A DNA stretch of 63,034 nucleotides, the filler included, from Octopus bimaculoides (taxonomy: Eukaryota): NCBI RefSeq assembly GCF_001194135.2. It is 4 parts of 3 records of this genome, joined end to end, with 100 filler letters (N's around TTAATTAATTAA, not from the genome) between each part and the next. Parts side by side here need not be neighbours in the genome. Positions count along the whole stretch, not along the records: positions 48,682 to 55,074 come from NC_068986.1; positions 55,175 to 63,034 come from NC_068987.1; 2 more parts are not named here. One strand, given 5' to 3'. Shown here piece by piece: positions 52,861 to 63,034 of this stretch (positions are counted from its first letter, which is position 1; each line of letters starts with the position of its first letter). The translations under genes were made by a program, and so were the position numbers. A model generated the notes under the pieces. The model worked only from the letters and a program-made list of their open reading frames with translations. It had not been told where the DNA came from and did not search any database.

Positions 52861-54444
52861 GATATTTGCACTTAAGATGACTGACTTCTCTGCTGTTGTC
52901 ATTGTTTCGTTCCTTTGGCTCTGGTCGCCATATTTACTTTCTTACTGAAGGCGTGTTCAGAGTCTCTACCACCCTTACAAACCACCTCCCACAACCACTA
53001 CCACTACTACCACCATAACCATCACTACCCCCACCACCCACCCACCCACCACACAGCTTATCCTCCACCAACACCACCACCACATCCACCACTGCCATCA
53101 CTCTAATAACATACACCAACAACACGTGACAACACGGGCACAGTTTCGCGGTTGCTCGATCTGCAAAACGTAACAGCCAGATTCCGTCGAATCACACCCT
53201 ACCGTCATCAGGGTAGAAGGATTACCTTGGACAACGTGGTTCTATAGGGTCCTATCTAAGAAGACGGGCTGGTCACCGTTGGAATATCTCTGATCATAGG
53301 TCTGCTGGATCAAGAAGGAGTAACCCAGGGTTAAACGAACACCAGTATCAACATAGGGGTACCTCCGCACCTTACTACCTTCTTTCCTTCACCTCCACCG
53401 CCACCACCACCACCAACACGAACACCACCATCACCACCAACAACAACAACATCACGAACACCACCATCACCACTACCTCCACCACCATATCGAATGTAAG
53501 GAGCATCACATCACCACCTCCTTCCCACCTTCATCCCCACCGCAATTTTAGGGGCTTCTTCTCTCTTCTGCCTTCTTCCTCCCTCCCTCCCCCACCATAA
53601 TCACCTACCACTTCTACGTGGGGCCCCTCTCACCACTACCACCGTTCCTCCTCCTCCTCCTCCTCCTCCCTTAGTCTTTTCACTTGAGTCGCACCTGTCG
53701 TTTTGTGACTGTGTGTTCGTTCCGAAACACAAACAAGAAAACAAAGAGTTTGCGCTCCACCAGGTAAGGCGAATGTACACACACGCACACACACACACAC
53801 ACACGCACAAACACACACACACGCACATACAAACATATATGCGTACATTTTATATATACACTCACAGAAAATATATATATGCACATACATATACATGTGT
53901 GTATGTGTGTATACACACATATATGTGGGTGTGTACGTAAGTGTGTGTGTATGTGTTTGTATGCGTGTGCGTGTGGTGTGTATATATATATGCACATACG
54001 TATATATGTGTGTATATGTGTATATATGTATATATATATATATATATGTATGTATGTGTATATATATGTATATATATACATATACACGTATGTGTGTACA
54101 CACACGCAAGCACACACACGCACACACACACATATATGTGTGTTTGTGTGTTTGTGTGTGTGTGTGTGTAATGTACAAATCAAAAGATGGGGGTAGGTTT
54201 GATGGGGTGGGTCGTGATATAGGGATGGGGTGTGGGAAAACAAAAGAAGACAAAAACAAAAACAAAAAAGCAACAGCTAAACAAAACAAATAAATAACTT
54301 GTGAAATTTTGGAGGAGACACCTGCCAGTCATTGTACCTGTAATGATAGAGTTTAACAGTGGCTGGGGTGGGGGTGGGGTGGACCAGGCGCTAGTATGGT
54401 AGTAGTGATAGTTGTAGTGGTAGTCGTGGCTGGGTGCTAGTGTT

Positions 54445-54488
54445 ATCTATCTATCTGTCTGTCTGTCTGTCTCTCTATCTGTCTGTCA

Positions 54489-54540
<52 letters not shown>

Positions 54541-54565
54541 GACAGTCTGTCTGTCTATGTATGTA

Positions 54566-54628
<63 letters not shown>

Positions 54629-54645
54629 GTCTGTCTATCTGTCTG

Positions 54646-54723
<78 letters not shown>

Positions 54724-54724
54724 G

Positions 54725-54786
<62 letters not shown>

Positions 54787-54866
54787 GCTTGTCTGTCTGT
54801 CTATCTATCTATCTGTCTATCTGTCTGTCTGTCTGTCTGCCTGCCTGTCTGTCTGTCTGTCTGTCT

Positions 54867-54916
<50 letters not shown>

Positions 54917-55000
54917 TAATCTATCTATCCATCTATCTATCTAATTACCTACCCACCTACCTACCTACCTACCTACCTACCTACCTACCCACCTACCCAA
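54445..55000. repeat. Compound tetranucleotide array (TCTG, TCTA, CT, TCAA, CCTA)
   Basis: Directly visible. Confidence 0.95.
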
Positions 55001-55487
55001 ATTAGTGGGTGCCTACGTTCTAGTGGTGGCGGTGGTAGTGGTTTATATAGTTTGAGTGGTTAAACATTGCAATGNNNNNNNNNNNNNNNNNNNNNNNNNN
55101 NNNNNNNNNNNNNNNNNNTTAATTAATTAANNNNNNNNNNNNNNNNNNNNNNNNNNNNNNNNNNNNNNNNNNNNTGTTTATTTCACCGTTTCGTTTTCCT
55201 GTCTTGTTTTCCGTCCGCCTCTACCCTCCACGAAAACAATTTAATTTGTGTTCGTGGGAAGAACCATTTTAACGATGCGTACTGCCTTAATTCTTCGAAA
55301 CGCCGGAGTTTTAATGGTGGCAGCTGATGAAGGGGATGTTTCTATGTGGCCTGCTTGTTTGTTGCACCTTGTCTACCATTTTGTCCTTGTTCTTTTGCCA
55401 CATCATGTACCCAGTTATGTATCTATATGTACATGTAGATGAACGTATATACATACATGTACATATATATGCATATACTCATATATT

Positions 55488-55525
<38 letters not shown>

Positions 55526-55526
55526 G

Positions 55527-56256
55527 CAGGGTGGGTAGAAAGTAACTAGGCCTTAGAAATTGCTTATAGAATTTGTAGCATTACTGGTCATGACGAAAAT
55601 ATTTTTTTAATAGAACACTAATTGGGATTTCTTATTTTCTTATTGTCTTATTTCTTATCTCTTATTTTGCAGATGGCCGGACGCTTGACTGTTCAGGAGC
55701 GAGCTAAGATAGCAGCACGCATTGAAGTCTAACATTCTATTGTTTTTGTTCAGAGATAGTGGCATGCATGGAAAGGTAACCGTGCAACACTACGCATGAA
55801 GACAATAAAAGGTTGTCATACAAATTTGATGACCACGCTTTCTGTGAAAGATGCAAGAAGTGGGCGTCCAACCACCCAGATCAGCGGAGAACATGGCAAC
55901 AGCGTAGAAAATGTTTCATCGCAGCCCGCAAAAATCAACACTTCCAGTAGCTCCTGAAAGTGAATTATCATGACACACAATACGTACTTTGTTGCATAAA
56001 GAATTGAATTTTCGTCCCTGGAAATCCGCTATATTGTGAGGAGTCTGCGATATAAAATTGCATTTATTACCTTGAAAAATCCGCGATATACTGAATGCGT
56101 GATAGGTGAGCTGCGACGCGATATGTCGAGGGAAAACTGTATTTACTTTCATTTTCCCATGTCAAAAAGTACATGTATCTTGTTTCAATAAATTTATAAA
56201 ACGAAAATGGATTTTATTACCAATTTTTAATGACTACTTAATTTTCACCCAGCCAA
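55527..56256 (+). mobile_element. Tc1/mariner-family element, internally deleted; pseudo-transposase begins at 55673
   Basis: MAGRLTVQERAKIAAR...SVKDARSGRP..RSAEN....FHRSPQKST...LHKELNFRPWK; ends cagggtgggtagaaag / attttcacccagc. Confidence 0.75.
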
Positions 56257-56799
56257 TATATACATATATATATATATATATACATACATATATATATANN
56301 NNNNNNNNNNNNNNNNNNNNNNNNNNNNNNNNNNNNNNNNNNNNNNNNNNNNNNNNNNNNNNNNNNNNNNNNNNNNNNNNNNNNNNNNNNNNNNNNNNNN
56401 NNNNNNNNNNNNNNNNNNNNNNNNNNNNNNNNNNNNNNNNNNNNNNNNNNNNNNNNNNNNNNNNNNNNNNNNNNNNNNNNNNNNNNNNNNNNNNNNNNNN
56501 NNNNNNNNNNNNNNNNNNNNNNNNNNNNNNNNNNNNNNNNNNNNNNNNNNNNNNNNNNNNNNNNNNNNNNNNNNNNNNNNNNNNNNNNNNNNNNNNNNNN
56601 NNNNNNNNNNNNNNNNNNNNNNNNNNNNNNNNNNNNNNNNNNNNNNNNNNNNNNNGTACAGGTAGCCAAAGTAAGGCCACTAGAGACGAACGACAGAAAA
56701 GACATGAAAACGATATGTTGCATAGAAATTTGTTATTCTATATTCAATTTATTCTTTAATTGAGAAATCAATTCTGAATTCATAATATAAATTATTATT

Positions 56800-56861
<62 letters not shown>

Positions 56862-56868
56862 TAATAAC

Positions 56869-56919
<51 letters not shown>
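56800..56919. repeat. (AAT)n microsatellite
   Basis: Directly visible. Confidence 0.95.
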
Positions 56920-56920
<1 letters not shown>

Positions 56921-56984
56921 TACAAAATTTATCATTTTATGAAAGGTGATAGATTCTGTAACATATGTTGAAAGAAATTACGTA

Positions 56985-57595
56985 AGGGCTTCTGGGTAAA
57001 CAACACTCTTTTGCTTTCTGGTTTAGAGCATAGACAAATAAGTCTTGTAAGCTACCGACCTTGGAGCAACCAACATAAAGTTTACTATGAGAAAAGCAAG
57101 GCTCGATTAAGTGCAAGTCAGTAGATTTCAAAGTTTGACCTCGAGCTTTATTAAGAGACATTGCGAAGCAAAGTAGCACTGGGAATTATGTTCGTTTGAA
57201 CTCAAATGGCATGTCTGTTGGTTTGATTGGAATTCTTGAAAGGAAAACCTCTTCCCCCGAGGCATATTCAATGATAGTGGTAGCTTCTATCACATTAGGT
57301 GATAATGTCTTCACACTCAACTTTGTTCCATTGCATAATTTAGGAGGCTCTAAATTTATAAGAATCATTATTAAGATTCCTACCTTCAGAAAAAATTTAT
57401 GTGGAGGAGTTCCAGGTGGTTCAAGGGAATTAAGGAACTCTGTTGGGTAATTGACAGCTTGCTTTTAATCAAGGACTGAATCAGCTGATTTGTAGTCCTT
57501 AATGATTGTTGGAATCTTATTCATTAACTCATGGTTAATCCTTGCTACTGTCTAAGGTTTTGGAGCAAGAATTGCCCTTTCACACCAATTTATTC
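56985..57595 (-). mobile_element. Helitron PIF1-like helicase C-terminal remnant
   Basis: ERAILAP...[17 protein letters not shown]...[13 protein letters not shown]...VFLSRIP...FEFKRT*FPVLLCFAMSLNKARGQTL...CFSHSKLYVGCSKVG, the degenerate QFPV..FAMTINKSQGQT and HGQLYVACSRV motifs. Confidence 0.93.
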
Positions 57596-58955
57596 CACTA
57601 AAGGCGGTACTCCAACATGGTCGCAGTCAGATGACTGAAACACGTAAAAGGAAAAAAATATATATGGACCAAACAATTTGATTCCAATTTGTTGATATTC
57701 TTGAGTTTCAAGCGTGATGCTAGTCTTCCGCCATTACATACAATATTCTACGAAATGAAATAATCACAGCATAAATGCTAGATGAAGCTGCTAGTAACAT
57801 TCAATTCGCAGCTGTAGTATATTGAACACTTACATTGACAATATCTACTACGCCAAAAATAAATAAAAAGGCGAGAAAAAACACGCCAAAACACATCAAA
57901 CTGTTGATGATACTACAAAATACCAGAAACATAAAAGTTGAATTTAGGGAGCTGACGATGTTGACAAAAATACAATCAACATATTGCAATCGGAAACATG
58001 AAAAGCAAATATAGTTTGAATGAAAGGGTTTGTGCATTTCATGACCGTTTATACAAATACCCATATCCTTTTTTGTATCTGTACAATATTGTCTTAATGT
58101 AGTTTTTAAATGTCCCGAATCCCTTAAAGCGTGTGTAGATTTCTTTCTAACATTCAGAGACTATACTCAGATCTACAAAATATATGGCTTCCAAGAATGT
58201 AAACCAAGTTATATCAATTTATCTAGGACAGTACAGCATGAAAGTTTATCCCTCTTTTCTCGACACACTGAATGCATCAGCCATTACCATCATTTTCACA
58301 GCAAAAAATATCGATTCGATTTGATTCTGGATGCAGTTTTCTGTAGTTTATGTTCAACAGCATAAACACAGTGCACTTATATGCACACACGCATATATAC
58401 ACTCATGTATGTATGGATATATATGTGTGTGCGCATAAATACAGGTATAAACGCCATATTTTTCTCTCTCCCTCTCTCGCTGTCTATATATACACACGTG
58501 TATGTTTTGTATCCTTTCATATATGCATGGAAATATGCAATCGTTCACACATACACCCACTCACAGTATTTCACATACACATTGATCAGTCAAATACACG
58601 CCAGCGCAACATACGTATATATATGTATATGTGAATATATAGATGTATATATATTATATGCATTCATATGTGTGTGCATGCAGATATGCATATACGTTGG
58701 TATAAAACCGTAAATTTGAAGAATAGTCGAAGCATACTTTCCCAGCGGTATTTGCTAGGCGTAATAGGGAAAGACAGATAAAACAGTGATGGTAATGACA
58801 TACGATTTACATCCGAAAGTAAAGTTGTACGCTGTGGCATTCCTTTAGTGGTGATGTGGTATTTGTTGTTAAACTTCAGTGACAATTTGTAAATGAATAA
58901 GTAAGTTAAATCTTGCTAAAATATTCGGTTTTCCTCTTATACTTGTTTGCATTTT

Positions 58956-59020
<65 letters not shown>

Positions 59021-59603
59021 ATATATATATATATNNNNNNNNNNNNNNNNNNNNNNNNNNNNNNNNNNNNNNNNNNNNNNNNNNNNNNNNNNNNNNNNNN
59101 NNNNNNNNNNNNNNNNNNNNNNNNNNNNNNNNNNNNNNNNNNNNNNNNNNNNNNNNNNNNNNNNNNNNNNNNNNNNNNNNNNNNNNNNNNNNNNNNNNNN
59201 NNNNNNNNNNNNNNNNNNNNNNNNNNNNNNNNNNNNNNNNNNNNNNNNNNNNNNNNNNNNNNNNNNNNNNNNNNNNNNNNNNNNNNNNNNNNNNNNNNNN
59301 NNNNNNNNNNNNNNNNNNNNNNNNNNNNNNNNNNNNNNNNNNNNNNNNNNNNNNNNNNNNNNNNNNNNNNNNNNNNNNNNNNNNNNNNNNNNNNNNNNNN
59401 NNNNNNNATATATATATATATATAGACAGTACTATTTCGATAGGGAGTCACCTATGTAGCTAGCTATTCACTAATCACATACGTAGCAACATTGCTACAA
59501 TCCTTCCTTATTATTTATAATTTTCACCTTCACCGTTTAGGAAATCAGCGTGTGATTTCTATAATAATCTTACAAACTGGCAAGGCAAATGGAACTTAAC
59601 CGA

Positions 59604-59692
59604 AGGCGCTCGGTGAGAGTCACTGACGAGCATTGATATAAATGCGAAATCACTGTGAGCTGGCTATGTCTAGGCACTGATAGAGCTTGCCT
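59604..59692 (+). ncRNA. Type I hammerhead ribozyme fold with a U16.1>G substitution
   Basis: CUGACGA (59623-29); stem II GCAUU/AAUGC with loop GAUAUA; GAAA (59646-49); stem III UCA/UGA; stem I AGUCA/UGGCU, extended by CGGUG/CACUG and AGGC/GCCU. The cleavage triplet reads AGC instead of NUH. Confidence 0.8.
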
Positions 59693-59851
59693 CCTTTGTC
59701 AGTCATTAAGATAAGGAGTTTTAACTCTTATTTCTAGCAGTACTGGTGATAGCAAGTGCTCTCAGTTACTTTATTGACGTATATACTTCTACCTTTCTGT
59801 TGTAAAATTGTTGCTGTTCTTGTGGTTGTTATTATCATTATTATTATTATT

Positions 59852-60138
59852 CAGTAGTTTTATTTTTATAACGTGCTTTCACTTCACTACCGAGCGCAGC
59901 TCTGTGCGCCTTGGGTATGTGCTGTGGTTTGCTGTGGTGCTCTTATGTTTACTGTATTGAAAGTGTTTTGCGTAGAATGTGTGCAGTACCCAGTAGTGCA
60001 ATTTTCTGTATGTTATATATATTTGTAAGTCCTGGTGTTTTTGTTATGTATTTGTCTGAATATTTTTTTATTATACCTAAGGCACCTACTATGATAGGAA
60101 TTGTTTCTGTTTTTAGATTCCACATTCGAGTTATCTCT
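59852..60138 (-). mobile_element. R4/Dong-like non-LTR retrotransposon 3' end, flanked by (TAA)n
   Basis: EITRMWNLKTETIPIIVGALG...IQKIALLGTAHILRKTLSIQ*, the C-terminus of a restriction-like endonuclease domain; (TAA)n at 59830-59851 and 60574-60606. Confidence 0.8.
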
Positions 60139-60573
60139 NNNNNNNNNNNNNNNNNNNNNNNNNNNNNNNNNNNNNNNNNNNNNNNNNNNNNNNNNNNNNN
60201 NNNNNNNNNNNNNNNNNNNNNNNNNNNNNNNNNNNNNNNNNNNNNNNNNNNNNNNNNNNNNNNNNNNNNNNNNNNNNNNNNNNNNNNNNNNNNNNNNNNN
60301 NNNNNNNNNNNNNNNNNNNNNNNNNNNNNNNNNNNNNNNNNNNNNNNNNNNNNNNNNNNNNNNNNNNNNNNNNNNNNNNNNNNNNNNNNNNNNNNNNNNN
60401 NNNNNNNNNNNNNNNNNNNNNNNNNNNNNNNNNNNNNNNNNNNNNNNNNNNNNNNNNNNNNNNNNNNNNNNNNNNNNNNNNNNNNNNNNNNNNNNNNNNN
60501 NNNNNNNNNNNNNNNNNNNNNNNNNNNNNNNNNNNNNNNNNNNNNNNNNNNNNNNNNNNNNNNNNNNNNNNNN

Positions 60574-60608
<35 letters not shown>

Positions 60609-60609
60609 G

Positions 60610-60642
<33 letters not shown>

Positions 60643-60645
<3 letters not shown>

Positions 60646-61432
60646 GCGATTCTTGTTGAAATGACTTCAAATTTTAACAGCCTTTGAGGAAACAAGTGAA
60701 AATTTTGTGTAATGATTGACGTTTATATTTTCAAGTATAGAAATGGCATTCACTGGAAGAGAAAACGCGTATTGTGCGTTGGAGTATGTTCGAACATAGT
60801 CGAACAAGACTGTGCAGCGTGAAAGAGATCTCTAAAAAGTCACCAACGCCAATGCAGATTTGGACATGGCACAAAAATTCAAAGAGGAAGGCTGCCTGTG
60901 CAGGGCAAAATGATCTGAACAAAAACTAACATCGGGTGAGATGGTGGAGCGGGTTCGCCAAAAATTCCTGCGAAGCCCCAAGAAGTCCCGATTCCTCCAA
61001 TGACAGGCTGGCGCGTCCTGAGCAAACGCTTGCTAATGAAACCCTACAGCTCGTTCAGGCTATAACGGCAGATGATAAGCGAAAGCGCAAACATGGGGTT
61101 ATGTGAAGGGACTGGTCTATGTTCCTCCTCTTCCTGAAAACCTAGAGGACCTGGAGCAGAGAATCACTACCGCATTGGGGACTGTTACCAAAGACATGCT
61201 GCAGCGTGTTTGGGAATACCGATTTGAGGTGTGCCGTGTCTCAGGTGGTGCGCATATTGAACATTTGTGAAATCGTTCATGGAATCCACAAACCTTGGAA
61301 TTTCTCATTCAAATTTGGAGGAATAAATTTTATGATGCTTTACATTAAGCCTGTTGAGTTTCATTTGCTTTGACAATGCAGTTCTGTGATATTTACATCT
61401 CAAATTATATCAAATTTTTTGAAGCATCTTGT
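60643..61432 (+). mobile_element. Tc1/mariner-family element (DUF4817 HTH type), internally deleted
   Basis: MAFTGRENAYCALEY...KTVQRE...IWTWHKKFKEEGCLC...VERVRQKFLRSPKKS // WGYVKGLVYVPPLPENLEDLEQRITTA...MLQRVWE/YRFEVCRVSGGAHIEHL*. Confidence 0.85.
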
Positions 61433-61445
61433 ATATTATTTATTA

Positions 61446-61740
61446 TTATTGTTTAACTGAAGGCCACGCATTCCAAGTACGTTTATCTTCACCATTTTGA
61501 TACAGCTCTAGTCTATACTGTTTTCTTTCCCCATCGTCCATGTTTCCTTCTTCACGTGACCATCTTTCTTTTCTTGCAGGGACATTCAAAAGACTGGACG
61601 TTTTATTTCTCTCTCTTCTATCTTTTCCCTTTTCAAAGAAAATATTTCTCCCAGCGTTCACTATTTTCCTCTCGTTCTGGTCTAACCTTTTCCTTATGTG
61701 TCTCCACTGTACTGTTTTTGTTCCCAACTTTCACTCTCCA
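61446..61740 (-). mobile_element. Highly decayed LINE (RTE-like) 3' end
   Basis: QWRHIRKRLDQNERK...GEDKRTWNAWPSVKQ* followed by an (AAT) tail loosely resembles RTE C-termini. Confidence 0.4.
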
Positions 61741-62677
61741 TAAATTCTAAATTTTATTTTGGAATTTATGGGAGCAACTGTCTTTAAAGACTCATATTGT
61801 CAACGAATGCTCAAAATGAAGAGTAGACACACAGCCTACAACTGATGAATGGTCCTTCCTCTGTGTTTAATTGTCCTGCTTTTACGTATTTCATGTCGTT
61901 TGCACAGCTGGTGATGTCCTGTACCCATATATGCATACACAAACAAACACACACAAACGTATATATATATATATACATATGTATAAATCAGGTACAGCCT
62001 GCGCCAGTAATAATCCCATGGAAGTTATCTCATTTACGATTTCTACCTGATCATACATAGATCATACATAGAATAACAAAATCGATGTAAATAGATATTT
62101 CTTGGAGTGCTGCTGACTGAAGGTAGGCCTAGGCCTTTGCGTCTGAAATATAAAGTTTCTACAGTGTTAGAACATTTCTGTAGTTCCTTTTCCTTTCATT
62201 TTCTAGCATATAATGTATTATGAATATATTCTTGTCCATTACCTGGGCCACTAATAGCTAAACCCTACCTAGGCTATCTAAACTAAATTTATATAAAACC
62301 AATGTAATATGTATCTCCATAATAAAATTTATATAAATGACAAGTTAACAAGAAATTACGTATAGAAATTCGTAGCTTACAGATTCTTCTGCAATAAGTT
62401 GCGATCCACTCGTGTGTATGTGCATCGCCTTGCAATGTCGTCAGAGTATCACAAATGTGAAGTTAACACAGTCCATTATATAATCTATTTTTCCCTTGTC
62501 ATTTATATTATCACTTATTACGCTTTGTGCTCAGTATACATATACTTCTCTGAAGCATATGCATATTGATTTTTAGCCGTAGTTTAGTGTCGTTATGTTT
62601 AAGGAAAATATTAAAGATATTCACAGCATCTTATGTTTTATAGGATCTCCTCTGGATGTATATGATAGATATTCTGT

Positions 62678-62724
62678 TTATTGCTGAGGAGTTGAAATGA
62701 CACCGAAACGCACGCGTCCTACAA
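62678..62724 (+). ncRNA. Minimal (Penelope-type) hammerhead ribozyme motif, partly decayed
   Basis: CUGAGGA (62684-90); stem II G(U)UG-AAAUGA-CACC with 1 mismatch; GAAA (62705-08); stem III ACG/CGU; GUC triplet (62716-18); stem I only partly paired. Confidence 0.6.
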
Positions 62725-63034
62725 TCTATTGACATCATTCATAGACCCCCCTTGTGCTTTCATAAATACCTAAGATGAAAATGTACTCACAGAAATCTTT
62801 CTAGACTAACGTACTGAATATGATTACACCAAAAATATATAATATCAATTTGAATATCAGTTTGAAAATCACTTATTCTTCTCAGAACATTCATGTGTGT
62901 TTATTTCACTCCTATGAAATTTTATGATTTGAGATTTTAAGCCACGCTATCATAACACAGCACAGATATTAAATCACCGAATTGAGTTTTCATTGCAAGT
63001 TGGTATATACATATACTTACATACATACCTATAT

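Noticed and set aside
52915-53530. His/Pro/Thr-rich ORFs
   Set aside because: They derive from (CAC/ACC)n trinucleotide low-complexity sequence.
55290-55345. cttcgaaac...ctgatgaagggg as a permuted (type II) hammerhead
   Set aside because: Stems I, II and III cannot be formed convincingly.
57801-58064. Hydrophobic 87-aa ORF with an internal GTAAGT donor
   Set aside because: F/I/L richness is expected from T-rich DNA; no convincing acceptor or recognisable family.

Overview
AT-rich, repeat-dense eukaryotic genomic DNA with about 5.5 kb of N gaps, most of them next to (TA)n tracts. From my recall of the SINE families it is most likely octopus (coleoid cephalopod); this is an inference, not a database result. 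I find no confidently supported host protein-coding gene, tRNA, rRNA or CRISPR array. Most ORFs in the supplied track come from microsatellites or gaps. The window is a graveyard of mobile elements: four tRNA-headed SINE families, internally deleted Tc1/mariner elements, hAT and Helitron remnants, CR1, RTE, L1/Tx1, HERO-like and R4/Dong-like LINE fragments, LTR-like pieces and many fold-back (MITE-like) inverted repeats. The most interesting signal is RNA-structural. A full-size type I hammerhead ribozyme fold at 59604-59692 has all three stems and every core base except U16.1. A minimal Penelope-type hammerhead lies at 62678-62724, and several decayed hammerhead-like tails are present, pointing to ribozyme-bearing retroelements (retrozyme or Penelope-like). 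Also notable are a TATA+Inr core promoter at 10801-10836, a mariner composite made of two 5' ends, and an RTE resembling crustacean RTEs. Three artificial TTAATTAATTAA scaffold spacers mean contiguity across those points is not guaranteed.
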